This document shows positions 1-9,187 of a DNA stretch of 64,000 nucleotides, one piece after another. Made by a program: the position numbers and the translations under genes. Source of the DNA: Thermoanaerobaculia bacterium (GTDB lineage: Bacteria > Acidobacteriota > Thermoanaerobaculia > Thermoanaerobaculales > Sulfomarinibacteraceae); the NCBI GenBank assembly GCA_027061805.1, contig JAMOWA010000008.1:86-64085 (forward strand), in the 5' to 3' direction. Every line of letters begins with the position of its first letter. Positions within the stretch are counted from its first letter, which is position 1. Under the pieces are notes generated by a model that saw nothing but the letters and a program-made list of their open reading frames with translations, ran no database searches and was not told where the DNA came from.

Positions 1-100
1 GTCGGCGACAGGGAGCGGCGTCAGGGTCCGTGGCCGTGACAGCGCCCGCGTCCGTGAACCTGTCCGTGTCAGGGTCCGTGCCTGCGCCCCTGCCCTCCCC
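1..100. repeat. Window-edge partial copy of the composite intergenic repeat (degenerate 6-bp array followed by a C-run block)
   Basis: Read directly: cagggtccgtggccgtgacag...gtccgtgtcagggtccgtgcc, then tgcgcccctgccctcccctcaccccctc (C-runs 87-108). The same modules recur at 590-1150, 9693-10348, 16709-17110 and 51519-52272. Confidence 0.75.
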
Positions 101-364
101 TCACCCCCTCTGGATCATCCGCCACAGCATGGCGCGCACCTCGTCGAGGAGCGTCAGTGCCTGCCGCGTACGTACCGCATCCACGGAACCGGATGCGAGG
201 AGCAGCCGGAGGTGGACGTCCAGCTCCCTCGCCGAGCCGTACGCCACACGCCAGTGGTAGCGCCGGTCCTTCCCGGCGCGGCCCTCGCCCTCGGCGATGT
301 TGGCGGGAACCGACGCTGCGGCCCGGACCACCTGGTCGGCCAGGGATCGGAACGGCGCCTTCAC
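101..364 (-). CDS. Four-helix-bundle protein (23S rRNA intervening-sequence protein / Avd-like family), possibly N-terminally truncated
   Basis: 87 aa with family-typical VPANIAEGEGR and YGSARELDVHL segments. GTG start. The in-frame upstream codons still read like helix 1 (..IALALAAAV) but have no start codon. The gene is embedded in repeat DNA. Confidence 0.7.
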   Translation of the reverse strand: MKAPFRSLADQVVRAAASVPANIAEGEGRAGKDRRYHWRVAYGSARELDVHLRLLLASGSVDAVRTRQALTLLDEVRAMLWRMIQRG

Positions 365-423
365 CGCAGCGGCCAGTGCGAGCGCGATCCCGGGGGCCTC
401 GATCCGTGGAGCGCGTGGGGCAG

Positions 424-573
424 GGTTTCCTCCCGTTCGTTCATGACATCCAGAAAGCCCCCGGGCCGCCCGGAGTCAGGGGTCGTGCAGCGACCGGCCG
501 CAGGCCGGCGTGCCCTTGACGCCGGGTGGCTCCGGGGGCTACATCCCCATCACAGAACGAACGGGAGGAAACC
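424..573. repeat. 150-bp unit bounded by perfect 19-bp inverted repeats (MITE-like element or long hairpin)
   Basis: GGTTTCCTCCCGTTCGTTC at 424-442 and its exact reverse complement GAACGAACGGGAGGAAACC at 555-573, 112 bp apart. Confidence 0.8.
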
Positions 574-589
574 GGCAACGCGCGGGAAC

Positions 590-1150
590 GAGAGCAGCCA
601 CGATCGTGGCCGTGTCCGCGGCCGTGGCCGTGACAGTGTCCGTGTCGGTGTCCGTGCCTGTGACCGTGCCTGTGACCGTGTCCGGGTCATGGTCGGGGAC
701 GGCAGCGGCATCGGCGCCGGCGGGCGGCGACCGCGAACGGCAGCCGCGGCGGTGTCCGTGTCGGTGTCGGTGTCGGGGTCCGGGTCCGGGTCGATGACCC
801 CCACGTGTCATCCCGACCGAGCGAGCGGAGCGAGCGAGTGGAGGGATCTGCCCCGTCCATGGACGGTATCCAGGACCGGGAAGTGCCGGCTTCGTTCGGA
901 AGATCCCTCGACTCCGCGAGGCAGAGCCTCGCTCCGCTCGGGATGGCAGGGGAGGGCTGCGCACCGTCCGTGACGGTGGCCGTGTCCGTGTCCGTGTCGG
1001 TGTCGGTGTCGGTGTCCGTGTCCGTGTCCGGGTCAGGGCCAGGGTCAGGGCCAGGGCCACAGTCAGGGTCAGCGTCGGTGACCGGGTCCGTGACCGTGTC
1101 CGTGCCAGTGACCGCGACCGTGTCAGTGACCGGGACCGGGTCGGTGACGG
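590..1150. repeat. Composite repeat locus A: 6-bp arrays (GTGTCC/GTGACC/GTGTCG/GGGTCC/CAGGGC), interrupted by a hairpin element at 809-945
   Basis: Arrays at about 606-700, 751-800 and 966-1150. Open in all six frames, giving (TD)n, (VS)n and (RT/RV)n pseudo-translations in the ORF track. Confidence 0.85.
809..945. other. Imperfect long inverted repeat / multi-stem hairpin (candidate structured RNA or DNA cruciform)
   Basis: Pairings read directly: catcccg(809-815)/cgggatg(939-945); agcggagcgag(824-834)/ctcgctccgct(928-938); gagggatct(841-849)/agatccctc(901-909). Inner palindrome ccgtccatggacgg (853-866). Confidence 0.4.
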
Positions 1151-1222
1151 AACCGATGTACGGATGGGCCGGGATCCCTGCCGGCCGGTTCCGGCCGTGG
1201 AGGCGGCGCCGGTCCGGAGCGC

Positions 1223-1630
1223 TCAGGTTCCGAGGGACCGTGGAGTGAATGCCATGGGGAGGAGCTCCTCGCTGCCCGTCACGATTCGCGCTCCCTCGAG
1301 GTTGGCCAGGATCACCGCCATGGGCCCGAACTCGGTGATCACCTGGCGGCACGCCCCGCACGGCGAGGAGGGGGGGGTGGTGGAGGTGACCACGGCGAGA
1401 GCCACCAGCGACCGGTGACCGTTCCCCACGGCCGTACCGATGGCGTGGCGCTCCGCGCAGACGGAGAGCCCGTAGGAGGCGTTCTCCACGTTGGCTCCCG
1501 TGAAGATGGAGCCATCGTCCGTGAGGACGGCGGCACCGACGGCGAACCCCGAGTACGGGGCGTACGCCGCGGCCCGGGCCCTCGAGGCGGCCTCCACCAG
1601 CCGGTCGATCGTCGCGTCCGTGATCTCCAC
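1223..1630 (-). CDS. cdd: Cytidine deaminase
   Basis: 135 aa. Zinc-ligand motifs CAERHA and PCGACRQ. GTG start. Confidence 0.9.
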   Translation of the reverse strand: MEITDATIDRLVEAASRARAAAYAPYSGFAVGAAVLTDDGSIFTGANVENASYGLSVCAERHAIGTAVGNGHRSLVALAVVTSTTPPSSPCGACRQVITEFGPMAVILANLEGARIVTGSEELLPMAFTPRSLGT

Positions 1631-1695
1631 GGTGCGACTCTACATCATCCGGAACCGTGGTCTCCACGCACGGTTCTCCGGGGTCCGGCGCGGTA

Positions 1696-3939
1696 TCACC
1701 TTCTCGAGGACGAGGATGACGAGGGCTTCGAGGGCCGGGAGACAGTGGGTCTCGAGGGCCTCGAGGGCCTGGACCCCGACGAGCGCGAGGGCATCCTGAT
1801 TGACCGGGATGGCGTCCGCGAGGACCGGGAGGACCCCGTCGATCTCCGCGAGGGCCCGGAGGAGCCTCGGGACTGACCCGATGGAATCCGCGGCGACCAG
1901 GACCTCGAGCTTCCCGTGCCTCTCCGTGGCACCACCACCGGCCCCCGCGAGCCGGGCCGCGCGAGCGAGCCGCGGCCTCGCGACGAGGTGGAGGGCGACC
2001 TGGGCGTCCAGCGGGAGTGCCCGGTACTGCCGGGCCTCCAGCGACTGGAGGGGTTCGAAGGGGTGGTTCTCCTTCCACTGCTCTCGGGGGGCCTGGTGGA
2101 GTCTCCCGGGGTCCGGGTGGTGTTGCCGGGCGACCGGACGGTTCCGGTGGACCCGGAGCCGGAACGTCCCGGGAGCGTGCGGCGCGGGTCGGTCGCCGGC
2201 CGGCTGCCCGGGGGCAGGGCTCGCCGGTCCGAAGGAGAGCGGCCCGCCAGCCTGCCGTCCCTGGTCCGCCCCAGCGTGGGCCGGTAGATGTTCGGGAGCC
2301 CCCGTCCCGTGGCGGCCGATCCTCCCGACCTGGGATTCCCGGGGGAGCTGCCGGTCCGCGATGAGATCCGCGTGTCGATGCCGGTATCCCTGGAGGGGAG
2401 ACCCGAGCGCCCGAGCGCCTCCCGGGTGAGTCCGCCGGGGCTCGTCTCGCGGACCAGACCCCTTGCGGTCTCGGGATCGAGGGACCCGTTCCGCGCGAGA
2501 ATCGGTGTCACGTCCGGGAGAGATCGGCCACGGGCCTTCCGGAAGGGCTGCTCGATCACCTCGCCCACGGGCCGTCCGGCGGGGCGCCGGGTCAGCAGGG
2601 GCCCCGTGCGGACCACCGCCCGCACGTCACCGGGGATCTTCGGGAAGACCTCGCGTCCCGGCGACACGAGCCGCGGAAGGTGCGGGCTCGTGAAGTCGCC
2701 GGTCCGGACCACGTTCCACCCGCGGGGATCCACGTCGCGGACGCGGCCCTCGCCCTCGAAGCCCAGGGCGAACCGGTTCGGATCCACGGGGGGACGTGCC
2801 CCCACGCGGCTGACACCGTGGCCGGGAGATGGAACCGTGTCCCGTGCGGGTGGACGTGGCGCGGTGGGAGGACGCCCGCCCGGATGTCCCGGGTGCCCGG
2901 GACCGTGGCCGGGATGGCCCCGGTACGGTGGATAGGCACCCCAGTACCAGTAGTCGTAGTAACCGCGGGGACACCATCCCACGTGGCCGGGCCACCACAT
3001 CCAGTCCACCCAGGCCGGCCCCCAGCACGCCCCCCACGACCAGACCCAGCCGACCGAGACGCTGAAGTACCAGCTGCCGTAGTGGTACGGCAGCCAGCCC
3101 CACGGCTCGTAGGAGACCCAGCACCAGCCGGCGGGGGCCCAGTACCAGTGGCCATAGGTGTAGGGGGACCAGCCCACTCCCACGGAGGGCTGCCAGCCCC
3201 AGGTGTCGAGCTCGTCCACGTAGAGCCATCCGCCGTAGCTGTTGAGGATGGCCTCCTGGCGGGCGTAACGCGTCTCCAGCCGCATGCTGCCCACGTCGGC
3301 AGGAATTCCCCGGCGTTCCTCGACCCACCGGGCGAATGCGTCGTTCGTGGTGAGGATGTCCTCGATGCGCTCCACGGTGCCGGTGCTGACCTCGGCGGCG
3401 GTTCCCTCGAGGATCTGGGTGCCGCCCTCGGGCGTGGCGGCCTGGGCCATGCCCTGCCACACCTCCACCCGCAGGCCTCCGGTGCGAAGGGCCTCGAGTC
3501 GGTACACCCCGGGCCTGTTCAGGTACACGGTGGCACCGGAGGTGTCGACCCGGAGGGGTTCGGTCCCCAGGGCCGTGTCGGGAATCTCGAGGATGGTGAC
3601 GCCGTCCTGGAGGAACAGCACGGTCCGTGTGGACGCGGCGCCGCGGCTGTAGGCCACGGCATCGAAGGAGACCGAGGTGTACTCATCGAGCCACATGGTG
3701 GCGCCGTCGGCGAGCTGGATCTCCATGCGGGCCTGGCGCGCGGTGTCCACGCGGTCACCGGGCACGAGCGGCATGTTGATGACGGCCTCGACGGTCTCGT
3801 CCTGGGCCACCGAACGGATCGTGGCGTACCGCTCCATGTAGGAGATGTAGCTCAGCGAGGTCAGGTCGTCCTCGTCCGAGGCCAGGCCCGTGGTGGCCAT
3901 CAGGGCTCCGAGAGCGATGATGAGCAGCGTCTTCTTCAT
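1696..3939 (-). CDS. Secreted FecR-like domain protein with a Trp/Gly-rich (YxWxxW-type) region and a long Pro/Arg/Ser-rich tail
   Basis: Internal ATG at 3939 with GGAGG 7 nt upstream, followed by signal peptide MKKTLLIIALGALMATTGLA. The upstream part of the 1096-aa track ORF overlaps the next gene and is Arg/Pro junk. Confidence 0.65.
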   Translation of the reverse strand: MKKTLLIIALGALMATTGLASDEDDLTSLSYISYMERYATIRSVAQDETVEAVINMPLVPGDRVDTARQARMEIQLADGATMWLDEYTSVSFDAVAYSRGAASTRTVLFLQDGVTILEIPDTALGTEPLRVDTSGATVYLNRPGVYRLEALRTGGLRVEVWQGMAQAATPEGGTQILEGTAAEVSTGTVERIEDILTTNDAFARWVEERRGIPADVGSMRLETRYARQEAILNSYGGWLYVDELDTWGWQPSVGVGWSPYTYGHWYWAPAGWCWVSYEPWGWLPYHYGSWYFSVSVGWVWSWGACWGPAWVDWMWWPGHVGWCPRGYYDYWYWGAYPPYRGHPGHGPGHPGHPGGRPPTAPRPPARDTVPSPGHGVSRVGARPPVDPNRFALGFEGEGRVRDVDPRGWNVVRTGDFTSPHLPRLVSPGREVFPKIPGDVRAVVRTGPLLTRRPAGRPVGEVIEQPFRKARGRSLPDVTPILARNGSLDPETARGLVRETSPGGLTREALGRSGLPSRDTGIDTRISSRTGSSPGNPRSGGSAATGRGLPNIYRPTLGRTRDGRLAGRSPSDRRALPPGSRPATDPRRTLPGRSGSGSTGTVRSPGNTTRTPGDSTRPPESSGRRTTPSNPSSRWRPGSTGHSRWTPRSPSTSSRGRGSLARPGSRGPVVVPRRGTGSSRSWSPRIPSGQSRGSSGPSRRSTGSSRSSRTPSRSIRMPSRSSGSRPSRPSRPTVSRPSKPSSSSSSRR

Positions 3940-4019
3940 GATCGGCCTCCTGTCGGCCATGTTCCTCGCAAGAGCCGTGCCAGGTGGGACCGGACCGCAG
4001 GGCGCGTGCCGTCCTCCGG

Positions 4020-4739
4020 CTATGGGAGCTGGCCCTGGCTCTGGTCCCGCAGCCGGGTGAGCTCCACCATCTGCTGGGTCTGGCGGACCTTCACCAGGGT
4101 CCCCTCGGGGTAGAAGCCTCCCCTCAGGGAGGCGTTGGGGTAGGTGATGCATCCCCTGCCCATGAGCACACCGGGGTTGAGGACGGTGTTGCACCCCGTC
4201 TTGCAGCCGTCGCCGAGGACCGCGCCGAACTTCCGCAGGCCGGTGTGGATCACCTCGCCCCCATGGGGAAAGGTCACCTCCCGCCCCACGTTCTTCACGT
4301 TGGAGCAGATGGTCCCCGCTCCGAGGTTCACGCGACGGCCCAGGATGGAGTCCCCCACGTAGGCCTGGTGGGGCGCGTGGGCGCCGGGAAGCAGGATGGA
4401 GGCCTTGACCTCGCTGTGGGCACCCACCAGGGATCCCCGGCCCAGGATCACGTTCTGCCGGATGTAGGCTCCGGTCCGGACCTCCACCTCCCCTTCGAGG
4501 ATCGCGGGGCCGACGATCACGGCGCCCGGCTCGACCCGGCAGCCGGGGCCGATGTGGATCCGGTCCCCCAGGATGTGGACACCGGGGTGGAGCTCCCCGT
4601 GGATCGTCCAGTCGTTCCAGCCGTCCAGCCACGAGGCCAGGCGGCCCAGGACCTCCCAGACCGGCCGGCCGGATTCGAACAGCTCGGCGAGGGGCCAGTC
4701 CCCCAGATCGAAGAACGATGCCGGTGTGAACGTTGTCAC
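4020..4739 (-). CDS. Hexapeptide-repeat (left-handed beta-helix) transferase, GlmU C-terminal-like
   Basis: 239 aa with repeated [LIV]G-x4 hexapeptide pattern (IGPGCRVEPGAVIVGPAILEGEVEV...). GTG start overlaps the upstream gene's stop (GTGA). Confidence 0.7.
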   Translation of the reverse strand: MTTFTPASFFDLGDWPLAELFESGRPVWEVLGRLASWLDGWNDWTIHGELHPGVHILGDRIHIGPGCRVEPGAVIVGPAILEGEVEVRTGAYIRQNVILGRGSLVGAHSEVKASILLPGAHAPHQAYVGDSILGRRVNLGAGTICSNVKNVGREVTFPHGGEVIHTGLRKFGAVLGDGCKTGCNTVLNPGVLMGRGCITYPNASLRGGFYPEGTLVKVRQTQQMVELTRLRDQSQGQLP

Positions 4740-5977
4740 GGTGTTCCGCCTCCCTTCGCGTCAGGAAGGTCCCGCTTGAGGATGACCATGGTCTGATCGT
4801 CTGCCGGGTGCTCTCTTCCCGAGAACTCCCGGACGGTGTCGAACACGAGATCCACGAGCTCGTCGGGGGACAGGGTACGGTTCTCCCCGAGAAGGCGGGC
4901 CAGCCGGGAGACGGAGAACTCCTCCTCCTCGGCCCGGCCGCGGGCGGTCTCGGTGATCCCGTCCGTGTAGAGCGCCAGGATGTCACCGGGCTCCATGCGG
5001 ACCAGGTCGATGGAGTAGTGAGTGGTCCGCCGCGGCCCGAGGATCATGCCGCCGGTCCTGAGGTACTCCACAGTGCCGTCCAGCCGGATGAGGATGCCTG
5101 GAGGATGCCCCGCGTTGCAGTACATGACGGTGCCTCTTGTGTCCACCTCGGCCAGGATGAGTGACACGAACTTGGTGGCCAGGCGGCTCCGGTGGATGAT
5201 GCCGTTGAGCCGTTCCAGGGTCCGGGTGAGCTTGTAGTCCCGGGTGAGGCCCATGCGGAGGCCCATGAAGATGTCGCGGACCTGGAGTGCGGCGGGCAGC
5301 CCGTGCCCGGTGGCGTCGGCGACCACCACGTTGAAGGTCTCGTCCGTCAGCGTGATGAAGTCGTAGAAGTCCCCGCCGACGACCTCGGCAGGGATGGACC
5401 GGGCCGCGAGCCGGAAGTCCCCGTAGCTCGGTGTCCGCCGGGGAAGGATGGAGCCCTGGATGCGCCGGGCCTCCTCGAGGATCTCCATCATCTTCTCCTC
5501 GCGCAGCTTCTGGTTGATGGCGAAGCGCACGATGTTCAGCGCGGCGATCAGGTCCTCGGACATGCCGGTACCCGGCACCACGTCGAACGCCAGGGCGTAG
5601 GCGCCATCCGCCACCACGATGGCCGCGAACTGCTCCCCGGTACCCAGCTCGGCCTCCAGCTCCCGGTCCACGCCGGCATCGGAGAGGCTCATGACCACCG
5701 AGCCCTCGTCCAGGAGGCGTTCCATGGCCGGGTAGCTCCGGCCGATCCGCCGCCCGATGGCCTGCCTCCCGGTCCGGCCGAAGGTCGCCACCAGTACGTA
5801 ATTGCTGTCGTCGTCCCTCTCGTAGATCCGCCCTCCCACGAGCCCCAGGTCGGAGGAGAAGTTCTCCACGAGGTGCTCGGCGGTCTCGCGGATCGTCTCC
5901 AGGGGGGTGGAGCCCCTGGCGATGGTCTCGAGCGCCCCTTCGATACGGCGGAAAAGGGAGATGGCGCGGCGCGACAT
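4736..5977 (-). CDS. GAF-domain PP2C-type (SpoIIE/RsbU-like) serine phosphatase
   Basis: 413 aa. The C-terminal half has GGDFYDF ... VADATGHG ... LYTDGITE motifs typical of SpoIIE/PP2C phosphatases. Confidence 0.85.
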   Translation of the reverse strand: MSRRAISLFRRIEGALETIARGSTPLETIRETAEHLVENFSSDLGLVGGRIYERDDDSNYVLVATFGRTGRQAIGRRIGRSYPAMERLLDEGSVVMSLSDAGVDRELEAELGTGEQFAAIVVADGAYALAFDVVPGTGMSEDLIAALNIVRFAINQKLREEKMMEILEEARRIQGSILPRRTPSYGDFRLAARSIPAEVVGGDFYDFITLTDETFNVVVADATGHGLPAALQVRDIFMGLRMGLTRDYKLTRTLERLNGIIHRSRLATKFVSLILAEVDTRGTVMYCNAGHPPGILIRLDGTVEYLRTGGMILGPRRTTHYSIDLVRMEPGDILALYTDGITETARGRAEEEEFSVSRLARLLGENRTLSPDELVDLVFDTVREFSGREHPADDQTMVILKRDLPDAKGGGTP

Positions 5978-6102
5978 GGCCGGAATGATGTCATGGACGA
6001 CCGCGTTTCACAATGCGGGATGGGGGTCGCCGGATGGAAGGCTCATGTATGATGCGCCGCGGCGGGTGGGGGGATGGGGAAGCACACCATGTGGAGGATC
6101 AT

Positions 6103-6597
6103 GTGAAGCGGAGATGGAGATTGGGAACAGTGTTCGTGTCGGGTGCTGCGGTGCTCGTCCTGGCCGGGCTCGCGCCGGGCTGCGGGGGCGGGGGCCCGTC
6201 CGGCGAGCCGGCCGGGAGCGCGGTCCCGGCCGTCGTGTCTCACGACACCCTGGAGATCGACTGGGAGACCGACTGGGACGGGGCGTTCGAGCGTGCCCGG
6301 GGCGAGAAGAAGTTCATCGTGGTGGACTTCTACGCCGACTGGTGCGTCTGGTGCCGGCGGCTGGACACCACCACCTACCGGAACCCCGAGGTCGTGAAGT
6401 TCATGTCGGAGAAGGTGATTCCGGTGAAGATGGACGTGGAGGCGCGTCCGGGCAAGGCGCTGGCCAACAGGTACGGTGTGGACGGCCTGCCCACCATCGT
6501 GATCCTGAGCCCCGAGGGGGAGGAGATCGGGAGGATTCCGGGCTACCTCCGGGCCGACGACTTCCTGGCCACCGTCAGGAAATTCGTGGAGAGCTGA
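6103..6597 (+). CDS. Thioredoxin-fold lipoprotein (CxxC = WCVWC)
   Basis: GTG at 6103 with GGAGGA 6 nt upstream. Lipobox-like LAGLAPGC. Thioredoxin-like FYADWCVWCRRLD. The track ORF starts at 6013, but that extension lacks a signal peptide or RBS. Confidence 0.75.
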   Translation: MKRRWRLGTVFVSGAAVLVLAGLAPGCGGGGPSGEPAGSAVPAVVSHDTLEIDWETDWDGAFERARGEKKFIVVDFYADWCVWCRRLDTTTYRNPEVVKFMSEKVIPVKMDVEARPGKALANRYGVDGLPTIVILSPEGEEIGRIPGYLRADDFLATVRKFVES

Positions 6598-6712
6598 GGG
6601 TCCAGCGGTTCCGGGACGGGTCCGGACTGCCTCCCGGTGGCCTCCTTGCAGATGGTGCCGTGGTGGGAAAGGTGCGTCCGGAGCTCGTTTCCGGGGCCAT
6701 TCTGCCGACCGG

Positions 6713-9136
6713 TCACCGGCCGGTCGTCTCCCCGTGGTCCTTGCCCGTGAGGCGGTCGTCGGCCACGGCGATGGCCTCCGGGGTCGGCATGGGCTCACCG
6801 GGGCGTGGCGTGTAGAAGGGGAGCTGGAACGGCCAGGGCTCCTCGATGATCCGGTGCCACTCGTCGGAGCAGCCCTCGGTGGGCTCGGTCCCCTCCAGGA
6901 ACGACTCCAGGACCACCACGGGGCAGGACGGGATGGCCCGGAGGCCGGTCTTCCAGTCCACCGGCGAGAACACCACACCGGCCGGAACCGGGAAGTCCTC
7001 GTCGCGGGAGGCCTGGTCCAGTCCCTCCAGATACCCCTCCATGAAGCGGATCCAGATGGGCAGCGCCGCCCGGGCACCGGTCATCCTCTTGCCGATCGGC
7101 TGCTTGAGGTCCCGGCCCACCCAGACGCCGAGCGTGAGCCTGGGCGTGAAACCGATGAACCAGGCATCGGTGTAGTCGTCGGTGGTTCCCGTCTTGCCCG
7201 CAACGTGGGCCGGGAGCTTGCGGGCCGCGACCCCCGTGCCCCGCTGGATCACCCCCCGCAGCACGTGCACCATCAGGTAGGTCACGGCCGGCGGGAGCGC
7301 CGGATGGAGGGCAGGGTAGTGCCTCTCGAGGGTGGTGCCGTCCTGGTCCAGGACCTCGGTGACCATCAGGGGGGTGGGGCATTCTCCGAGGTTGGCGATG
7401 CCGGCATAGGCGCTCACCAGGTCCATGAGCCGGACCTCCAGGGCTCCCAGCGCCAGCGTGGCGTAGGGATGCAGCGGAGTGGTGATCCCCAGGTTCCGGG
7501 CGGTCTCCACCACGGCATCGCCGCCCACCAGCTGCTGGAGCTTGACCGCCGTGGCGTTGTAGCTGAGCTCCAGGGCCCGCCTCAGGGTCGTGATCCCGAA
7601 ATACTTCGGGTAGTAGTTCTTGGGACAGTACGTGAGGTTGCCCTCGGCGTCCGGCAGGAGGTAGGGGGCGTCGAAGAGAGTGTCCGCCGGGGTGAACCCC
7701 TGGGAAAAGGCCGTGAGGTACACGAAGGGCTTGAACGCCGAACCGCACTGGCGCTTGGCCTGGGTGGCGCGGTTGAACTCGCTGCGGTGGAAGTCGAAGC
7801 CGCCCACCAGGGCCCGGACGGCTCCCGTCCGGTTGTCCATGGCCACCAGGGCAGCCTCCAGGGCGGGCTCCTGGAGCAGGTCCACCGTGAGCTCGCCCTC
7901 CTCGGGCAGGGGGTCCGGAAGGCGTACCAGCACGAGGTCGCCGGGCCGGAGTATCCGTCGGAGCGAGGAGGTGCGGGTCCACTTCGCGCCCGAGAGGGGG
8001 AGGACCCCCTCGCGGTCGGGCAGCCGGATGCGGGCCGACCGGCGCTCCACCGCCGTGACCACGCCCATGACCATGCCGCCGGGTTCGAGGGTGACGTCGG
8101 CCCAGGAGGGGGGAACGTAGTCCTCGGGGGAGTCCCCGAGCTTCTCGTCCAGAAGGTTGCGCGGGCGGCGGTATCCCAGGGACATGTCCAGGGCCACGAG
8201 ACCCTCGCGGATCGCATTCTCGGCCAGCCGCTGGAGGCCGGGGTCCAGGGTCGTGTGGACCTGGAGCCCGGCGGAGTAGAGGGAGTCGGTTCCGTAGGCC
8301 TGCTCGATGCGCTGCCGGATGGTCTCCACGAAATAGGCCCCCTCCCGGATCTTCTGCCGGTGGAGGCTGACGCCCAGCGGTGCCTCGACGGCCGCGTCGT
8401 ACTGGTCCTTCGTGATGAACCCCAGGTCGAGCATCCGCCTGAGCACGTGGTTGCGCCGACGGAGGGCCCCCTCCGGGTTCCGGATCGGGGACCAGAGGCG
8501 CTCCGGGTTCTGGATCATGCCCGCCAGCAGGGCGGCCTCGGGGAGCGTCAGCTCGCGGGCCGGCTTGCCGAAGTAGAGGCGGGAGGCGGCCTCCACGCCG
8601 TAGGCGCCGTGGCCCAGGTAGATCAGGTTGGCGTAGAGCGTGAGGATCTGATCCTTGGAGAGACGCTTCTCGATGTCGATGGCGAGGAGCCATTCCCGGA
8701 TCTTGCGCTTGACGGTACGTTCCCGCATCTGGAAGAAGTTGCGGGCCAGCTGCTGCGTGAGGGTGGAGGCGCCTCCCCTCGCGCCCAGCTTGCCCTCCTT
8801 GATGCTGTAGAAGACGGCCCGCAGGATCGCCGCGGGGTCCACGCCTCCGTGGGTGTAGAAGTCCGCGTCCTCGATGGCCACGATGGCCAGCTTCAGGTTG
8901 TCCGGGATCTCCTCGGGCTTCAGGACGATGCGCCGCTCGATGGCGAAGCTCGCCAGCGTGGAGCCGTCGGCGGCCAGCACGCTGGTTGCGCTGGCCGGCC
9001 GGAAGGCCGTAAGCTGATCCACCTGTGGGATATGGAGAAACTGGGCGACGATCCATCCCAGGAGGGCACCGGCGATGCAGCCGATGACGACCGCCCAGAC
9101 AAGCCGCGTGAGGAGATGGAGGAGGCGCTCTCGCAT
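6713..9136 (-). CDS. mrcA: Penicillin-binding protein 1A (bifunctional transglycosylase/transpeptidase)
   Basis: Start at MRERLLHLL (ATG 9136) followed by a TM helix. Glycosyltransferase motifs IEDADFYTHGGVD and GASTLTQQ. Transpeptidase motifs SAFKPF and KTGTT. The longer track ORF overlaps folK on the other strand. Confidence 0.9.
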   Translation of the reverse strand: MRERLLHLLTRLVWAVVIGCIAGALLGWIVAQFLHIPQVDQLTAFRPASATSVLAADGSTLASFAIERRIVLKPEEIPDNLKLAIVAIEDADFYTHGGVDPAAILRAVFYSIKEGKLGARGGASTLTQQLARNFFQMRERTVKRKIREWLLAIDIEKRLSKDQILTLYANLIYLGHGAYGVEAASRLYFGKPARELTLPEAALLAGMIQNPERLWSPIRNPEGALRRRNHVLRRMLDLGFITKDQYDAAVEAPLGVSLHRQKIREGAYFVETIRQRIEQAYGTDSLYSAGLQVHTTLDPGLQRLAENAIREGLVALDMSLGYRRPRNLLDEKLGDSPEDYVPPSWADVTLEPGGMVMGVVTAVERRSARIRLPDREGVLPLSGAKWTRTSSLRRILRPGDLVLVRLPDPLPEEGELTVDLLQEPALEAALVAMDNRTGAVRALVGGFDFHRSEFNRATQAKRQCGSAFKPFVYLTAFSQGFTPADTLFDAPYLLPDAEGNLTYCPKNYYPKYFGITTLRRALELSYNATAVKLQQLVGGDAVVETARNLGITTPLHPYATLALGALEVRLMDLVSAYAGIANLGECPTPLMVTEVLDQDGTTLERHYPALHPALPPAVTYLMVHVLRGVIQRGTGVAARKLPAHVAGKTGTTDDYTDAWFIGFTPRLTLGVWVGRDLKQPIGKRMTGARAALPIWIRFMEGYLEGLDQASRDEDFPVPAGVVFSPVDWKTGLRAIPSCPVVVLESFLEGTEPTEGCSDEWHRIIEEPWPFQLPFYTPRPGEPMPTPEAIAVADDRLTGKDHGETTGR

Positions 9137-9187
9137 GATGTCCAGGGTAGCAGACGACGGGGCCGGGGCGGTCCGGCGGGGGGTGCC

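Noticed and set aside
101-364. Four-helix-bundle gene as the Avd component of a diversity-generating retroelement
   Set aside because: No reverse transcriptase and no template/variable repeat pair is visible in the window. Only family membership supports the idea, so it is left as something to check leftwards.
590-1150. Hexamer and octamer arrays as a CRISPR array
   Set aside because: The period is 6-8 bp with no 25-40-bp constant repeats alternating with unique spacers, and there are no cas genes in the window.
1696-4986. 1096-aa minus-strand ORF as one giant protein
   Set aside because: Its N-terminal third is Arg/Pro/Gly-rich and overlaps the hexapeptide-transferase and PP2C genes on the same strand in other frames. 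An internal ATG (3939) with GGAGG and a clean signal peptide marks the real start.
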